Source: a virus. From it: 64,000 bases of DNA. Both the position numbers and the translations under genes were made by a program. The stretch lies in the IMG/VR virus record IMGVR_UViG_3300042691_015921. One strand, 5' to 3'. This document shows, in pieces, positions 10,144 to 20,576 of this stretch (its first letter is position 1; each line of letters begins with the position of its first letter). Under the pieces are notes generated by a model, which saw nothing but the letters and a program-made list of their open reading frames with translations, was not told where the DNA came from and did not search any database.

Positions 10144-10650
10144 CTAACTTAAGCCAAGGACTAGTAATTTATATGAAACGCCAGAAACAGAACTGTTTAG
10201 ATAAACATATCTTTGAGAAGCACTAATGGTAAATCCGGTAAATGGATCATTAGAGACAAACAAAGAATATGGTTTAACTAGTATATTACCACTTCCTCCG
10301 TTGAAGAGATTTGTGCAAGCATTTGTTCCGGTGCATGAAATATTAAAATTATAATTCTGTGTAGTAGATGTATTATAGATTGTAAAATTTTTAATACCGG
10401 TAAAGTTTATATTTTGTGTAGAACCAAAAGTATTTTGCGGAAGTGCTTGAAGATCGAGTCTAATTCCAGAACCTGATGGCAATATTCCAGTTATGGATAC
10501 TGCGTTTGTAATCTGGTTTGTTCCACTTCCATACGAATATGACATAGAAAGATTATTAGAATCTACTAAAGATAAGGATTCATTCGCATTGGTTTCAACT
10601 AGAGTAAAGCCAGTCTTATGGTTTACTGACGCACTGATAGAAAATGCCAT
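10144..10650 (-). CDS. Ser/Thr/Gly/Asn-rich beta protein, probable virion component
   Basis: composition only. Confidence 0.5.
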   Translation of the reverse strand: MAFSISASVNHKTGFTLVETNANESLSLVDSNNLSMSYSYGSGTNQITNAVSITGILPSGSGIRLDLQALPQNTFGSTQNINFTGIKNFTIYNTSTTQNYNFNISCTGTNACTNLFNGGSGNILVKPYSLFVSNDPFTGFTISASQRYVYLNSSVSGVSYKLLVLGLS

Positions 10651-10659
10651 TTAATTACC

Positions 10660-10941
10660 TTATACTTTTATTGAAATATCATGAGTTTTTACTAAATCTT
10701 GTATAGCACACGATAATTCTTTTAGAGCATCATTCGTCTGTTCTTGTCTTATTGTTGCATCATGCTTCCATTCAGCACGTTCATCCTTGTGCATTGTGTG
10801 AATTTGAAAAATAGTTTCTTGAAATGATTCAGTTCTTTTATCTTCTCTTTTATTGAATGAAACTATTGTATAAAATAGCAGAGTAATCAATGAAGAAATC
10901 ATTAATCCAACTATACCTAATTCAGTAACTATGCCACTCAT
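10660..10941 (-). CDS. single-TM plus coiled-coil protein (holin-like architecture)
   Basis: N-terminal TM followed by a helical charged tail. Confidence 0.5.
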   Translation of the reverse strand: MSGIVTELGIVGLMISSLITLLFYTIVSFNKREDKRTESFQETIFQIHTMHKDERAEWKHDATIRQEQTNDALKELSCAIQDLVKTHDISIKV

Positions 10942-10964
10942 TTTTTGTTCTCCAAAGTAAATCC

Positions 10965-10988
10965 TCTCCCCCTATTTCTAGGGGGAGA
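10965..10988 (-). terminator. perfect inverted repeat after 11002..11625
   Basis: TCTCCCCCTA-N4-TAGGGGGAGA. Confidence 0.6.
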
Positions 10989-11001
10989 AGAAATAAGTTA
11001 A

Positions 11002-11625
11002 TTATACGTTTCTTGCTGGGTAATCTTTCAGAACGGGATTAATTGCACCATACATATAGACGAGTTCGCCAGGAACACTCTTGTATGTTACAAACTGAGC
11101 CTGATCAACAGCATTTGACGCATTATTAGTTGGAAGAACATAGCTAACATTATTTGAAGCTGGAGGAGTACTCCAACTAGTTCTCTGTCCAGAAATCTTA
11201 AGAAATCTGAAATAACCACTTCTGAAAGCCGAGCATGTCTGGGCACCTTTAGACTTGTTAGATATAAGAGTGCGTGGACGATTGCCCGGAGTTCCAATTG
11301 ACAATAGTGTACTAGCAACATTGTTAATTCTGGTAGTTACAGTTCTAATCATGAACTGACTCTGATCATATGCAAAAGTGCCGGAAGCATATGCTTTAGT
11401 TGCACTGTATGCATGAGCGGCACCAGAAGCCGCAAGAACTAGAACACGCTTGACTCTTCCATCAATAGCGTTATTTGTTAATGGAAATGTTCTTGAAACC
11501 GGTGATCCAACAGTTGTTGTGGTAGCAGATGTAATACCTACTATTGTTCCACCATTAGATTTTTCATTTACAATATTAGAATTGCCAGTGGCCGATACGA
11601 CATAACCGCTTGGTAGTAAAGCCAT
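11002..11625 (-). CDS. probable structural (virion) protein
   Basis: Ala/Ser/Thr-rich, GGAG RBS, own downstream hairpin. Confidence 0.5.
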   Translation of the reverse strand: MALLPSGYVVSATGNSNIVNEKSNGGTIVGITSATTTTVGSPVSRTFPLTNNAIDGRVKRVLVLAASGAAHAYSATKAYASGTFAYDQSQFMIRTVTTRINNVASTLLSIGTPGNRPRTLISNKSKGAQTCSAFRSGYFRFLKISGQRTSWSTPPASNNVSYVLPTNNASNAVDQAQFVTYKSVPGELVYMYGAINPVLKDYPARNV

Positions 11626-11703
11626 GATATTCTCCAGTAGCTTTATTGCCAGTGTCCTAAATGTCCTTAAAGTTTAGTCCAATTCCTAATAATGTATACT
11701 CCA

Positions 11704-12372
11704 TCAGAGGCTATCGTATGTAATAATATTTCCGTTTTTTAGTAATTTTAGTGTTGTCAACTCTTTCTGATAATCAGTATCTGATTCGAATTCTGAGTTT
11801 TTAATGGTCATTATATTACCATCTTTTCCTACAAAAACTGCCCATTTGTTAGAATCTTTAATATTGAATAATGCCTCGTTTAGTCTGGATATAACATTAT
11901 CAATCTCGTTATTGTTAACATTATTAATATCTTGGTCAAATTCTAAATTATTACATAATTCTTTCTGTATTTGTATTCTAACTGATGGAAAAGTAAACAT
12001 TCTCTCTATACCAATGAAAAATCTATATGGAGATATGACTTTAAGGCATCCTATTCCATCAATTTGTTTGTTTAGAATATGAAAATCAGATTGTCTAATT
12101 CTGAAATTGGTATGACCAATCCAGCAATCAAACATATTATAAGGAGAAAATTGATCATTAATATCGTAATATCCAAATGGGGTTCTTATCTTTCGCATTG
12201 ATATAAGATCCTGAATATTTACAAAATTCATCATTCCTTCTTCATTATCTTCGTCTTCTTCAAAATTACTATTATCTTGATCGTTTTGATCATCAATAAC
12301 AGTATTGTCTAAATCGTTTGCTTCGTATGCCGGAATAAATTTTTCCCAAGCTATTTTTCTAGCAACACTCAT
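11704..12372 (-). CDS. hypothetical protein
   Basis: 222-aa ORF with GGAG RBS. Confidence 0.7.
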   Translation of the reverse strand: MSVARKIAWEKFIPAYEANDLDNTVIDDQNDQDNSNFEEDEDNEEGMMNFVNIQDLISMRKIRTPFGYYDINDQFSPYNMFDCWIGHTNFRIRQSDFHILNKQIDGIGCLKVISPYRFFIGIERMFTFPSVRIQIQKELCNNLEFDQDINNVNNNEIDNVISRLNEALFNIKDSNKWAVFVGKDGNIMTIKNSEFESDTDYQKELTTLKLLKNGNIITYDSL

Positions 12373-12383
12373 ATTATATCTCC

Positions 12384-12653
12384 TTATTTAAAAGAGCTTG
12401 GATTGATGCAATTATCATCATCTTCAATATTATTATTTGGATTTGTATACTCTATAATGGCCCTTAGTATCTGTAATTCCTCAATCTTGTTATTAAGTGT
12501 TAAGTCTTTTTCTATGGTTTTGCAAAAAAGATTAAGGCCAGATGGAGAAGAAATAAAAAATATTAGATCTTTGAAAACGTCAAGATCTGAATATTCCATT
12601 GATATTATAGGATTAGAATCAGAAATATCTATTTTGATATGACCATTACTCAT
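12384..12653 (-). CDS. hypothetical protein
   Basis: ATGA overlap with upstream gene. Confidence 0.55.
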   Translation of the reverse strand: MSNGHIKIDISDSNPIISMEYSDLDVFKDLIFFISSPSGLNLFCKTIEKDLTLNNKIEELQILRAIIEYTNPNNNIEDDDNCINPSSFK

Positions 12654-13018
12654 GATTGATAATTATTATTCATTAGTCGATATAGTTCGATACTTTGTTT
12701 ATTGAACCTAACAAATGATCCTTTTTTTGTGGTGTCTGATTGAGAAAGAATATTATATACTATATCAATTTTATCCTTATTGTTATCAATAGAAGATATT
12801 TGCTTGTTATTGATTAAAGAGTATATATCATTTTCATAGAAATATGATTGAATCAAATTATATATTTGAGCATTTATATGCAAATCAGAAGACAAGGTAA
12901 AAGATGGAAGATTGCCGTTTTCATCCAGAAATATAAGTATGTTGCCGTTATCTTCTGCTGTAGTTATTATTCTTAAGATGACTTTAGCTTCAAATAGATT
13001 CATTAAGATGTTTCTCAA
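12650..13018 (-). CDS. hypothetical protein
   Basis: operon packing. Confidence 0.55.
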   Translation of the reverse strand: MRNILMNLFEAKVILRIITTAEDNGNILIFLDENGNLPSFTLSSDLHINAQIYNLIQSYFYENDIYSLINNKQISSIDNNKDKIDIVYNILSQSDTTKKGSFVRFNKQSIELYRLMNNNYQS

Positions 13019-14069
13019 CTGTTTTTGCCGTGTTTAGCCATGAATATTTTTGTCCAGTGGATATGCCATTTTCATTTACTGAAAGTTCATTATTTTGGAC
13101 TTTCTTGTGAACAAGTCTCATGTACTCAACCATCTGATCAATTTCATCATTATCTATTTTATGCCAATTGAATCTACCGTCAAAAAACTTATTATCTATC
13201 GCCTGTTCTTTTCCACTGTTCATATTTACAAGCATTGAATTATCTTGATTGCAAAATTCAGTATGTGCAGTAACATTGGTGATAATTAAGTGTCTGCCAC
13301 ACGCGAGCAATTCAAGTGCTTCTAGATTCCACCCCTCTGCTCTTGATGGAAATATTCCACAATGTATTTGAGACATGATATTATACACCATTGAGTGGCT
13401 TTTCTGTCTGTTGACAAAAACCATCTTATCTCCAAGCTTTGTGTTTCTGTATCGCCTGACCCATTCATCAGTTTCTTGCTGATTCAAGAAAAAATTATGT
13501 GGCATCATAACAAGTATAACATCATCATCTTTTTCAAAAGCCTTATTAAAAACTTCTGGAAGTATATCATGTCCTTTTCTAATCTCAAATTTGCCAAAAT
13601 TTCCAAAGACTGTTTTTTTAGGACTAGGCAAATTACATGGCTTAAAAATTGAAGTATCTACTCCAAGAGGCACAACATGAACAACGCCGGCCATAATTGG
13701 TAGATTATCAAGGATAACATCTTTTGCCCATGACGAGCATACAAAAAGTTCATCAGGATTCTTTAGGGAATGCAGTTCTATATCATTGAACTCTTCTAGT
13801 TCAAATATTGGCATTCCTATTCTTTTTCCATGGCCGGGGAATAGATTTAAATCATGTTGATGCCATATTTTTATAGACGGGGCATTATAAGAGTAATCCC
13901 AACGATTAAGAGTTTCAGAAATATATGGAAAAAGTTCTTCGTCTGGAGTATTCTGCCCAATTGGTATATGTCTTAAATCATGCCCAAGTGAATTAAGTTC
14001 CTTAATGATATTACATGAAACATATCCATAAGAAGTTTGATTTATTGGAGCATTAACATTAATTATCAT
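12990..14069 (-). CDS. glycosyltransferase family 4 (GT-B)
   Basis: VPLGVD, RKGHD, PSRAEGWNLEALE motifs. Confidence 0.9.
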   Translation of the reverse strand: MIINVNAPINQTSYGYVSCNIIKELNSLGHDLRHIPIGQNTPDEELFPYISETLNRWDYSYNAPSIKIWHQHDLNLFPGHGKRIGMPIFELEEFNDIELHSLKNPDELFVCSSWAKDVILDNLPIMAGVVHVVPLGVDTSIFKPCNLPSPKKTVFGNFGKFEIRKGHDILPEVFNKAFEKDDDVILVMMPHNFFLNQQETDEWVRRYRNTKLGDKMVFVNRQKSHSMVYNIMSQIHCGIFPSRAEGWNLEALELLACGRHLIITNVTAHTEFCNQDNSMLVNMNSGKEQAIDNKFFDGRFNWHKIDNDEIDQMVEYMRLVHKKVQNNELSVNENGISTGQKYSWLNTAKTVEKHLNESI

Positions 14070-14277
14070 TTTTATCTTTTCGTATTGGAACCTGTTTTGG
14101 TTCTAGCTCTTTTTTTAGTTTAAATAGTTCATTTTCCAGTTTTCTTTCCTGACGCATAAGTAGACGCTTTTTTAAAAGCTTTGTCTTAATATTTTCTTTG
14201 CGTCTTTTTTCTTTTCGTTTTTTGTGCTTTTCACTCATCAGATATTTCCTCTTGTGTTCTGACATACAGAATTTCAT
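14059..14277 (-). CDS. small very basic protein (likely start at the MSEKHKK Met)
   Basis: Lys/Arg-rich ORF in operon. Confidence 0.45.
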   Translation of the reverse strand: MKFCMSEHKRKYLMSEKHKKRKEKRRKENIKTKLLKKRLLMRQERKLENELFKLKKELEPKQVPIRKDKNDN

Positions 14278-14467
14278 CAGCTTTTAATAGAATTGTTTCT
14301 TTGCCAAGCTCAGTGCTTCCAGATATCTCAACGCAATTATCATCAAATTCTCCAGAAAACACACTATAGATTTGATCTATTAGAGAGTTTGTTTCTTGCA
14401 AAGAAAGGAAGAGATGTATTTCTTTAGAATTTTTGAGAAAAATTATTATTTTTTTCATATAGAAATA

Positions 14468-14494
14468 TTCTGGGGCTAATATTTAGCCCCAGAA
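14468..14494 (-). terminator. inverted repeat after 14507..14809
   Basis: TTCTGGGGCTAA-N3-TTAGCCCCAGAA. Confidence 0.6.
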
Positions 14495-14506
14495 TCATAG
14501 AGAGAA

Positions 14507-14809
14507 TCAAGAAATTACGTCTAGCATCTTACCCCTAACAATCTGTGCATGTCCACGATTTGATTGTGAATATACAGCACTCGCTAGTTCCTGTGTGATT
14601 CCTAGTGCCCGTGCGGCACGTTCTGTTCCACGCTTGTTGGCTGGAAACACGCCAAGGCCGAGACTATTGGCAACAGCGGTTACTGGATTAAAAGTCTTAC
14701 CGCGAGTTTTTCCCCTATATGATAAACCAAGCAGTCTATTATCAACATAGCTCCAACTATATCCTGCTGAAACTTCACTTAAAACTTCTAAAAATTCATA
14801 TTGAGTCAT
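14507..14809 (-). CDS. hypothetical protein
   Basis: AGGAG RBS, own promoter and downstream hairpin. Confidence 0.75.
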   Translation of the reverse strand: MTQYEFLEVLSEVSAGYSWSYVDNRLLGLSYRGKTRGKTFNPVTAVANSLGLGVFPANKRGTERAARALGITQELASAVYSQSNRGHAQIVRGKMLDVIS

Positions 14810-14847
14810 GTTATTCTCCTAAATTAGATTTGACAAACCAACAAGAC

Positions 14848-14875
14848 ATTATATCTTAAAAACTCTCGGTTGCAA
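14848..14875 (-). promoter_or_regulatory. sigma70-type promoter TTGCAA-N16-TATAAT
   Basis: same spacing as the promoter family elsewhere in the window. Confidence 0.55.
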
Positions 14876-15197
14876 CTCGGTTGCTAAAATTTCAATTTCT
14901 TGGCATTTTGTTTGCCTTTTGTTGGCTATAATGCGGTAGCTGGTTGTTGATTCCCAGCCTACAGCATTTGTTTGCAATTAAAATCATCAGCTTGTTGGGC
15001 GTAGGCGAAATAAATAGCTAAAGACCCTCCAACGGCATTAGCGGCTTTTTAGTTCTGCGTAGGCGGATAATTGCTAATGTTAACCCTTCAAGTTTTAATT
15101 TTTTTATTTTCTCTCTGAGCAAACAGTTTGTTCTAGTAAAGAGAAGAGGTTGATCAATATTTCTTTCTCTTTTATAGATAATTGAGGATATTAATTT

Positions 15198-15785
15198 ATG
15201 AGCGATATATTTTTAAATCTAGGATGTTTTGATAAAAGATTTCCTAAACCATATATTAATGTAGATATAAGAAAAGATGTTAATCCAGATATTGTAGATA
15301 ACGCTTTTGAATTAAATAAATTTGATGATGACTCTGTAGATTTAATATATTGTTCTCATATGTTTGAACATTTAAAACCACCGCAGGCATCAATGGCATT
15401 GTCTGTTTGGTTTAGAAAGCTTAAAATTAATGGAATAATAAGACTTGCTGTTCCTGATTTTAAAGCTATATGCAGAAGGTATATCTATACTGAAAATCTA
15501 AATGAACTAGATAAGCTACTGTATGGTTCTCAAAAGCACGAATTTGATTATCATTATGCTGTATATGATTTTGAGAAAATTAAAAATTTATTAGAATCAC
15601 ATGGATTTACAGATATTGAAAAATGGGACTGGTGGAATACTGAACACAATAGATATATTGATGATTTTTCAAGGGCATATTTACCTAGTAATCAACCTGA
15701 TATAGCATTATCTCACAATAGATTACTCAATAACAATGGACTATTAATGTCATTAAATATACAAGCAAAGAAGGAAAAACAATGA
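15198..15785 (+). CDS. class I SAM-dependent methyltransferase-like protein
   Basis: LNLGC, VDLIYCSHMFEH, LAVPD. Confidence 0.8.
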   Translation: MSDIFLNLGCFDKRFPKPYINVDIRKDVNPDIVDNAFELNKFDDDSVDLIYCSHMFEHLKPPQASMALSVWFRKLKINGIIRLAVPDFKAICRRYIYTENLNELDKLLYGSQKHEFDYHYAVYDFEKIKNLLESHGFTDIEKWDWWNTEHNRYIDDFSRAYLPSNQPDIALSHNRLLNNNGLLMSLNIQAKKEKQ

Positions 15786-16465
15786 TTTCTATATTGCTAC
15801 TTTCCAGAAAAAGAGAGTTAATGCTAGAAGAATGTATTGATTCTATTTTTAAAACATCATCAACAGAAGTTGAAATTTTTGTAGGATGCGATACAGATGA
15901 TGATACCGATTATAAAAGATTACACAATAAGTATTCTGAAAAAAATGTAACATTTATATATCAGCAAAGAGGATTTTTTAGCATACCAAAATATTTAAAT
16001 AAAATGGCAAAACTGACAAAAGGAAGTTCTATATTTGTTTTAAATGATGACTGTATAATGGAAGATACTGATTGGGACTTGCAGATTATTGATAAGTTAG
16101 GAGATGGAAGTATTCCACTATATGGAAAAACATATGACGATTCTATTGATAGAATATCTGATGATTATGCTGCATTTCCAATAATTACGAGATCTGCATA
16201 TGATAAACTTGGTTTTTTTATGGATGATTCTTTAGATAACCATGGTGCCGATGTTATTACCTATAGAATATATAAGTCCGCAAAGAAAGTGGTTGATTTA
16301 AATAAAGTAAGAATTAAACATATTTATCACAATAGCAATGAAGCACTTGCTAAAAGACAAAATGATCTAACAGCAACAGAAATGATTAATAGAACATTTT
16401 CTAAACCGTTTAGTGTTGAATTGATGCTAACTCTTGATATTTCAGAGAAAGCTAAATTACTATGA
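15782..16465 (+). CDS. glycosyltransferase family 2-like
   Basis: ISILLLSR start, LNDD, GAD motifs. Confidence 0.75.
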   Translation: MISILLLSRKRELMLEECIDSIFKTSSTEVEIFVGCDTDDDTDYKRLHNKYSEKNVTFIYQQRGFFSIPKYLNKMAKLTKGSSIFVLNDDCIMEDTDWDLQIIDKLGDGSIPLYGKTYDDSIDRISDDYAAFPIITRSAYDKLGFFMDDSLDNHGADVITYRIYKSAKKVVDLNKVRIKHIYHNSNEALAKRQNDLTATEMINRTFSKPFSVELMLTLDISEKAKLL

Positions 16466-17418
16466 AAAAACAGATTTTATTTGTAACTGAAAAATGGTGC
16501 GATGCTAACCCAAAGTTAGCTTTAACTAATAATTTTCATAATTTATTCAATAGCTTTTCAAATTCAAGACCTGATTGTACATATAGCACTATTCATCTTG
16601 ATGAATCAATGATGATATATGGAAGACATATAGATCAAGTCCTTGAAGGGTACTGTAAAACTTTTAATGTAGATATGGTTATATATTCTTTACTTGGTCT
16701 TTCGTCGGCAAATCCATCTATAGAAACGTTTAGAAAGATTAAAAATCTTAATATATATCAATGTATAATGTGGCCCGATACCGGTTCAGTATGGGGAGTA
16801 GAAACCATTAAACAGATAGGCGATTCAGTTAATTTAAATGTTTTATGGGACAATCCAGTTTCTGATTATCATAATCAATCGCTTCCATTGCTAGAGAATA
16901 CCAAATCCATGTGGGTTCCACAAGACAATGAAATGTTTTGTGACAATAGAATAAAAGATATTGATGTTAGTTTCATAGGAAGTGATAGATATCCTGAAAG
17001 AAAAGTATATATAGAATATATTAAAAAACATTGCGAAACATTTGTATTCTCTGGTGGACAAAGAGAAGATAAATTATCTACTAAAGAATATGCTGATTTA
17101 ATTAAAAGAAGTAAAATAGGAATAAACTTTGCTGGTAATCCAGGCGGATTTTGGCAATGCAAAGGTAGAGTTTATGAAATAATAGCATCTAATTCAATGC
17201 TATTGGAAAGTAAAAATCCATCAACAGAAAAAATTCTTAATAATAATGAATATGTTGACTTTACAAGTCCAAAAGATTTATTATCAAAAATTCAATACTA
17301 TCTAGTAAATCAAGATGAAAGAATTGAAATAGCAAATAGAGGATATGATAGATACATTAAAAACTACTCATCTCAAATATTTTGGGATAAAATAATGAAG
17401 GAAGCATTTGATGAATGA
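16462..17418 (+). CDS. CgeB/GT1_2-type glycosyltransferase
   Basis: IDVSFIGS..YPER, SKIGINF, KGRVYE, ERIEIANRGY. Confidence 0.8.
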   Translation: MKKQILFVTEKWCDANPKLALTNNFHNLFNSFSNSRPDCTYSTIHLDESMMIYGRHIDQVLEGYCKTFNVDMVIYSLLGLSSANPSIETFRKIKNLNIYQCIMWPDTGSVWGVETIKQIGDSVNLNVLWDNPVSDYHNQSLPLLENTKSMWVPQDNEMFCDNRIKDIDVSFIGSDRYPERKVYIEYIKKHCETFVFSGGQREDKLSTKEYADLIKRSKIGINFAGNPGGFWQCKGRVYEIIASNSMLLESKNPSTEKILNNNEYVDFTSPKDLLSKIQYYLVNQDERIEIANRGYDRYIKNYSSQIFWDKIMKEAFDE

Positions 17419-18244
17419 TTTTAGTAAACCATTTATTTCAATAATATTGCCAGCTATTAGACAAGATAGATGGGACGATCTATACGATAGTGTCTTATTA
17501 GCATGTGGAAAATATACATTTGAGTTAATCTTTTGTGGTCCCTTGCCATTAACTGAAAAACTTCAAGCAATACCAAATGTTAAATACGCAAAAGATTTAG
17601 GCTCTCCAACAAGAGCATCCAATATAGCATGTTCTTTAGCAGAAGGTCTTTTAATAACTTGGATAGCCGATGATTGTTTGATGATAGAAGATTCGATAGA
17701 TAAAAATATTGATCTATTATTATCTATGGGAGATGACATAAAAAATGTTGTAATCCAAAAGTATTATGAAGCTGGAAACATAACCAAAGACGAGTATTTA
17801 GTTATAAATAATTCAAGAAATTTTTCACCATATTTTAGTAATTCATGGGTTGGATTTAATAATCCAATAATGTATAGAAAATATTATGAATTACTTGGTG
17901 GTCTTGATGCGTATTTTGATGCATGTCCAACCGCACACAATGATTTAGCGGTAAGGGCACAGGCACAAGGTGCTATTGTAAAAATATCTCAATTTCCATT
18001 CCTTAACTGCGGATGGATGGAAGGTGGAACTGGAGATCATAAAGCAATATATCTTTCTCAAGAACAAGTTGATGAGCCAAAATTTAGACAAAGGTATCAT
18101 AATCCACAATGGATATATAGTGATTTAAATATTCCTATTGATAACTGGAAATTGTCACAATCAATATGGAATGTTAGATTCAAAAATGGCGTTCCAAAAA
18201 CATATCAAAGTATACTAGATGAAAATGAGTTAGCTTCATTATGA
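17411..18244 (+). CDS. glycosyltransferase family 2-like
   Basis: ISIILPAIR, WIADD, LGGLD; paralog of next gene. Confidence 0.75.
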   Translation: MNDFSKPFISIILPAIRQDRWDDLYDSVLLACGKYTFELIFCGPLPLTEKLQAIPNVKYAKDLGSPTRASNIACSLAEGLLITWIADDCLMIEDSIDKNIDLLLSMGDDIKNVVIQKYYEAGNITKDEYLVINNSRNFSPYFSNSWVGFNNPIMYRKYYELLGGLDAYFDACPTAHNDLAVRAQAQGAIVKISQFPFLNCGWMEGGTGDHKAIYLSQEQVDEPKFRQRYHNPQWIYSDLNIPIDNWKLSQSIWNVRFKNGVPKTYQSILDENELASL

Positions 18245-19008
18245 AATTATCATTAATAGTTCCATCAATTAATTCGGATAAATGGATTAATATCAATGAA
18301 TATATGAAAGTTGCTTGTAAAAAATATTTATATGAAATTATTGGAGTTGGTCCAAAATTTCCAGACCAATCTCTAGAAAGTATTAAAAATTTTAAATTTC
18401 TAAGAGATTTTGGTTGTCCATCAAGAGCATTTCAATTAGCAACAATGATAGCCGAAGGAGAGTATATAGCTTGGTGTTCAGATGATTCAAAAATAATTGA
18501 AAATTCTATTGATGAATGTATAGCATTTTTTGATAATAATATGACAGAAAATGATGCAATGACCCTCAGATATTCTGAGGGTGAAAATTATACAGGTAAT
18601 CAACATAATGAAGAATTATATTGGATAGGATTTACGCATACTGATTTAAAACAGCCTGGGGTTCATAGAGACTGGAAGATAGCACCATTGTTCATGATAA
18701 GAAAAAGTTTATATTATAAACATGGAGGTCTTGATTGTAGATTTGAACACATAAATATGAATACACATGACCTAATGTTTGCAATACAGAAAAATGGCGG
18801 TAAACTATATTGTTCTCCTTCTAAAGTATTTTCTGTAAATTGGAGTCCAAATAATAATACATCTAATTATCAGCCAATATTTTTAGCATATCATCAAAAT
18901 GATTTACCATTATTTAAATACTTGTATCAGCAAGAGTATAATAGATCAGTTGATTTTGAAAACTGGAGATTACAACCGTCGCTATGGTCTAGGAGATATA
19001 AAGAATGA
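18241..19008 (+). CDS. glycosyltransferase family 2-like
   Basis: LSLIVPS, WCSDD, HGGLD. Confidence 0.75.
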   Translation: MKLSLIVPSINSDKWININEYMKVACKKYLYEIIGVGPKFPDQSLESIKNFKFLRDFGCPSRAFQLATMIAEGEYIAWCSDDSKIIENSIDECIAFFDNNMTENDAMTLRYSEGENYTGNQHNEELYWIGFTHTDLKQPGVHRDWKIAPLFMIRKSLYYKHGGLDCRFEHINMNTHDLMFAIQKNGGKLYCSPSKVFSVNWSPNNNTSNYQPIFLAYHQNDLPLFKYLYQQEYNRSVDFENWRLQPSLWSRRYKE

Positions 19009-19946
19009 AAGTATTAGTAACAGGTTCTAATGGCCTTTGTGGAAATTCGATAAAATCATTATCTTCATCGTCTAATCATGATTTCACCTTTATTGGAAGA
19101 AATAGCATTGATTTAAGAAATCAAAATCAAGTTGATGATTTATTTAATTCTATTAATGATATCGACGCTGTAATACATACCGCTGCCAGAGTTGGAGGTA
19201 TAGGAGCAAATCTTTCATACCCTGAGTCATTTTTTTATGATAATATAATGATTAATACAAATATTATACATAACTGTATAAAGAAAAATATTAAAAAGTT
19301 ATTTGCATTTTCTTCTGTATGTGTTTTTCCAGATAATTTGACTCTATTAGAAGAAGAAAAAATTAATGACGGTCCAGTATATGGTGCCAATTTCGCATAT
19401 GGATATTCAAAAAGAATGGTTGATGTTCACATAAATGCTGCAAAAAAACAATACAATATTAAAAATTGGTGTTCTATAATTCCAGGAAATATATATGGCC
19501 CATATGATATGTTTTCTATAAAAAATGGACATATAATACCAGCATTGATACATAAAATGTACTTATCAAAAATTAATAACAAGCCTCTTGAAATGTGGGG
19601 CGATGGATTGTCTCTTAGAGAATTTATATTTGTTGATGATTTAGCTTCTATGTTGATACAATTACTTGACAAAGAAGATATTCCAGATAAAATTATAATG
19701 TCCGGCATAGAAGAAACATCTATTAAAAATATTGTTGATATTCTTTCAGATATAGCTGATTTTAAAAACGATGTTATATGGGACACTTCAAAACCAAACG
19801 GACAAAGAAGTAGACCTTCATCAAAAGCTAGAGTAAATAGATTATTTCCAGATTTTAAATATACTGATCTTAGATACGGTTTAGAAAAAACATGGAATTG
19901 GTTTTGTAATAATTATCCAAATGTTAGGACTGAATATAATGCATAA
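19005..19946 (+). CDS. GDP-L-fucose synthase family (Fcl/ColC-like) reductase
   Basis: TGSNGLCG, AARVGGI.AN, YGYSKR, HIIPALI, REFIFVDD, WDTSKPNG. Confidence 0.9.
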   Translation: MKVLVTGSNGLCGNSIKSLSSSSNHDFTFIGRNSIDLRNQNQVDDLFNSINDIDAVIHTAARVGGIGANLSYPESFFYDNIMINTNIIHNCIKKNIKKLFAFSSVCVFPDNLTLLEEEKINDGPVYGANFAYGYSKRMVDVHINAAKKQYNIKNWCSIIPGNIYGPYDMFSIKNGHIIPALIHKMYLSKINNKPLEMWGDGLSLREFIFVDDLASMLIQLLDKEDIPDKIIMSGIEETSIKNIVDILSDIADFKNDVIWDTSKPNGQRSRPSSKARVNRLFPDFKYTDLRYGLEKTWNWFCNNYPNVRTEYNA

Positions 19947-20568
19947 AGAAGATCTTATAAATTTCGAAAATGAAATAGAAAATTTATACAAAGAAGCGTC
20001 AATACATGGGCCGATACATCTAAGAAATGGAAATGAAGATAATCTTATTGAAATATTTAAGAATATTAAAGATAATCACTATGTATTTAGTACATGGGCT
20101 AATCATCTACATGCTATTTTGAAAGGTATACCATTAAATAAAATAAAAGATAGAATACTTGAGTCTCAGTCAATGGCAATGAATTTTCCAGAATATAGAT
20201 TCTATACTTCCGCAATAGTTTCAGGTATTTCTCCAATATCCATAGGAACTGCACTATCAATTAAAAGACATAATATCGACAGTAGGGTTTGGTGTTTTCT
20301 TGGAGATATGTCTTTTAGGACTGGAATATCTCATGAGTCAATTATATATGCGATATCCAATGATTTACCGATAACATTCATTATCGAAGACAATGGTAAA
20401 TCCGTTGATACTCCAACGCAAGATGCTTGGGGGTCAGTTCCAATTGGTGACATTGTATCTTTTTATCAGGAATTGATTAAAAAATTTAATTCTACATGCG
20501 ATATAATATACTATCAGTACAGTTCTAAATTTCCTCATTCTGGCACTGGAACATTTGTTGCATTTTAG
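19939..20568 (+). CDS. ThDP-dependent dehydrogenase E1 alpha-like subunit (short)
   Basis: GPIHL..GNE, SAIVSG, GD...EDN ThDP motif, PHSGTG. Confidence 0.8.
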   Translation: MHKEDLINFENEIENLYKEASIHGPIHLRNGNEDNLIEIFKNIKDNHYVFSTWANHLHAILKGIPLNKIKDRILESQSMAMNFPEYRFYTSAIVSGISPISIGTALSIKRHNIDSRVWCFLGDMSFRTGISHESIIYAISNDLPITFIIEDNGKSVDTPTQDAWGSVPIGDIVSFYQELIKKFNSTCDIIYYQYSSKFPHSGTGTFVAF

Positions 20569-20576
20569 GATTAATA

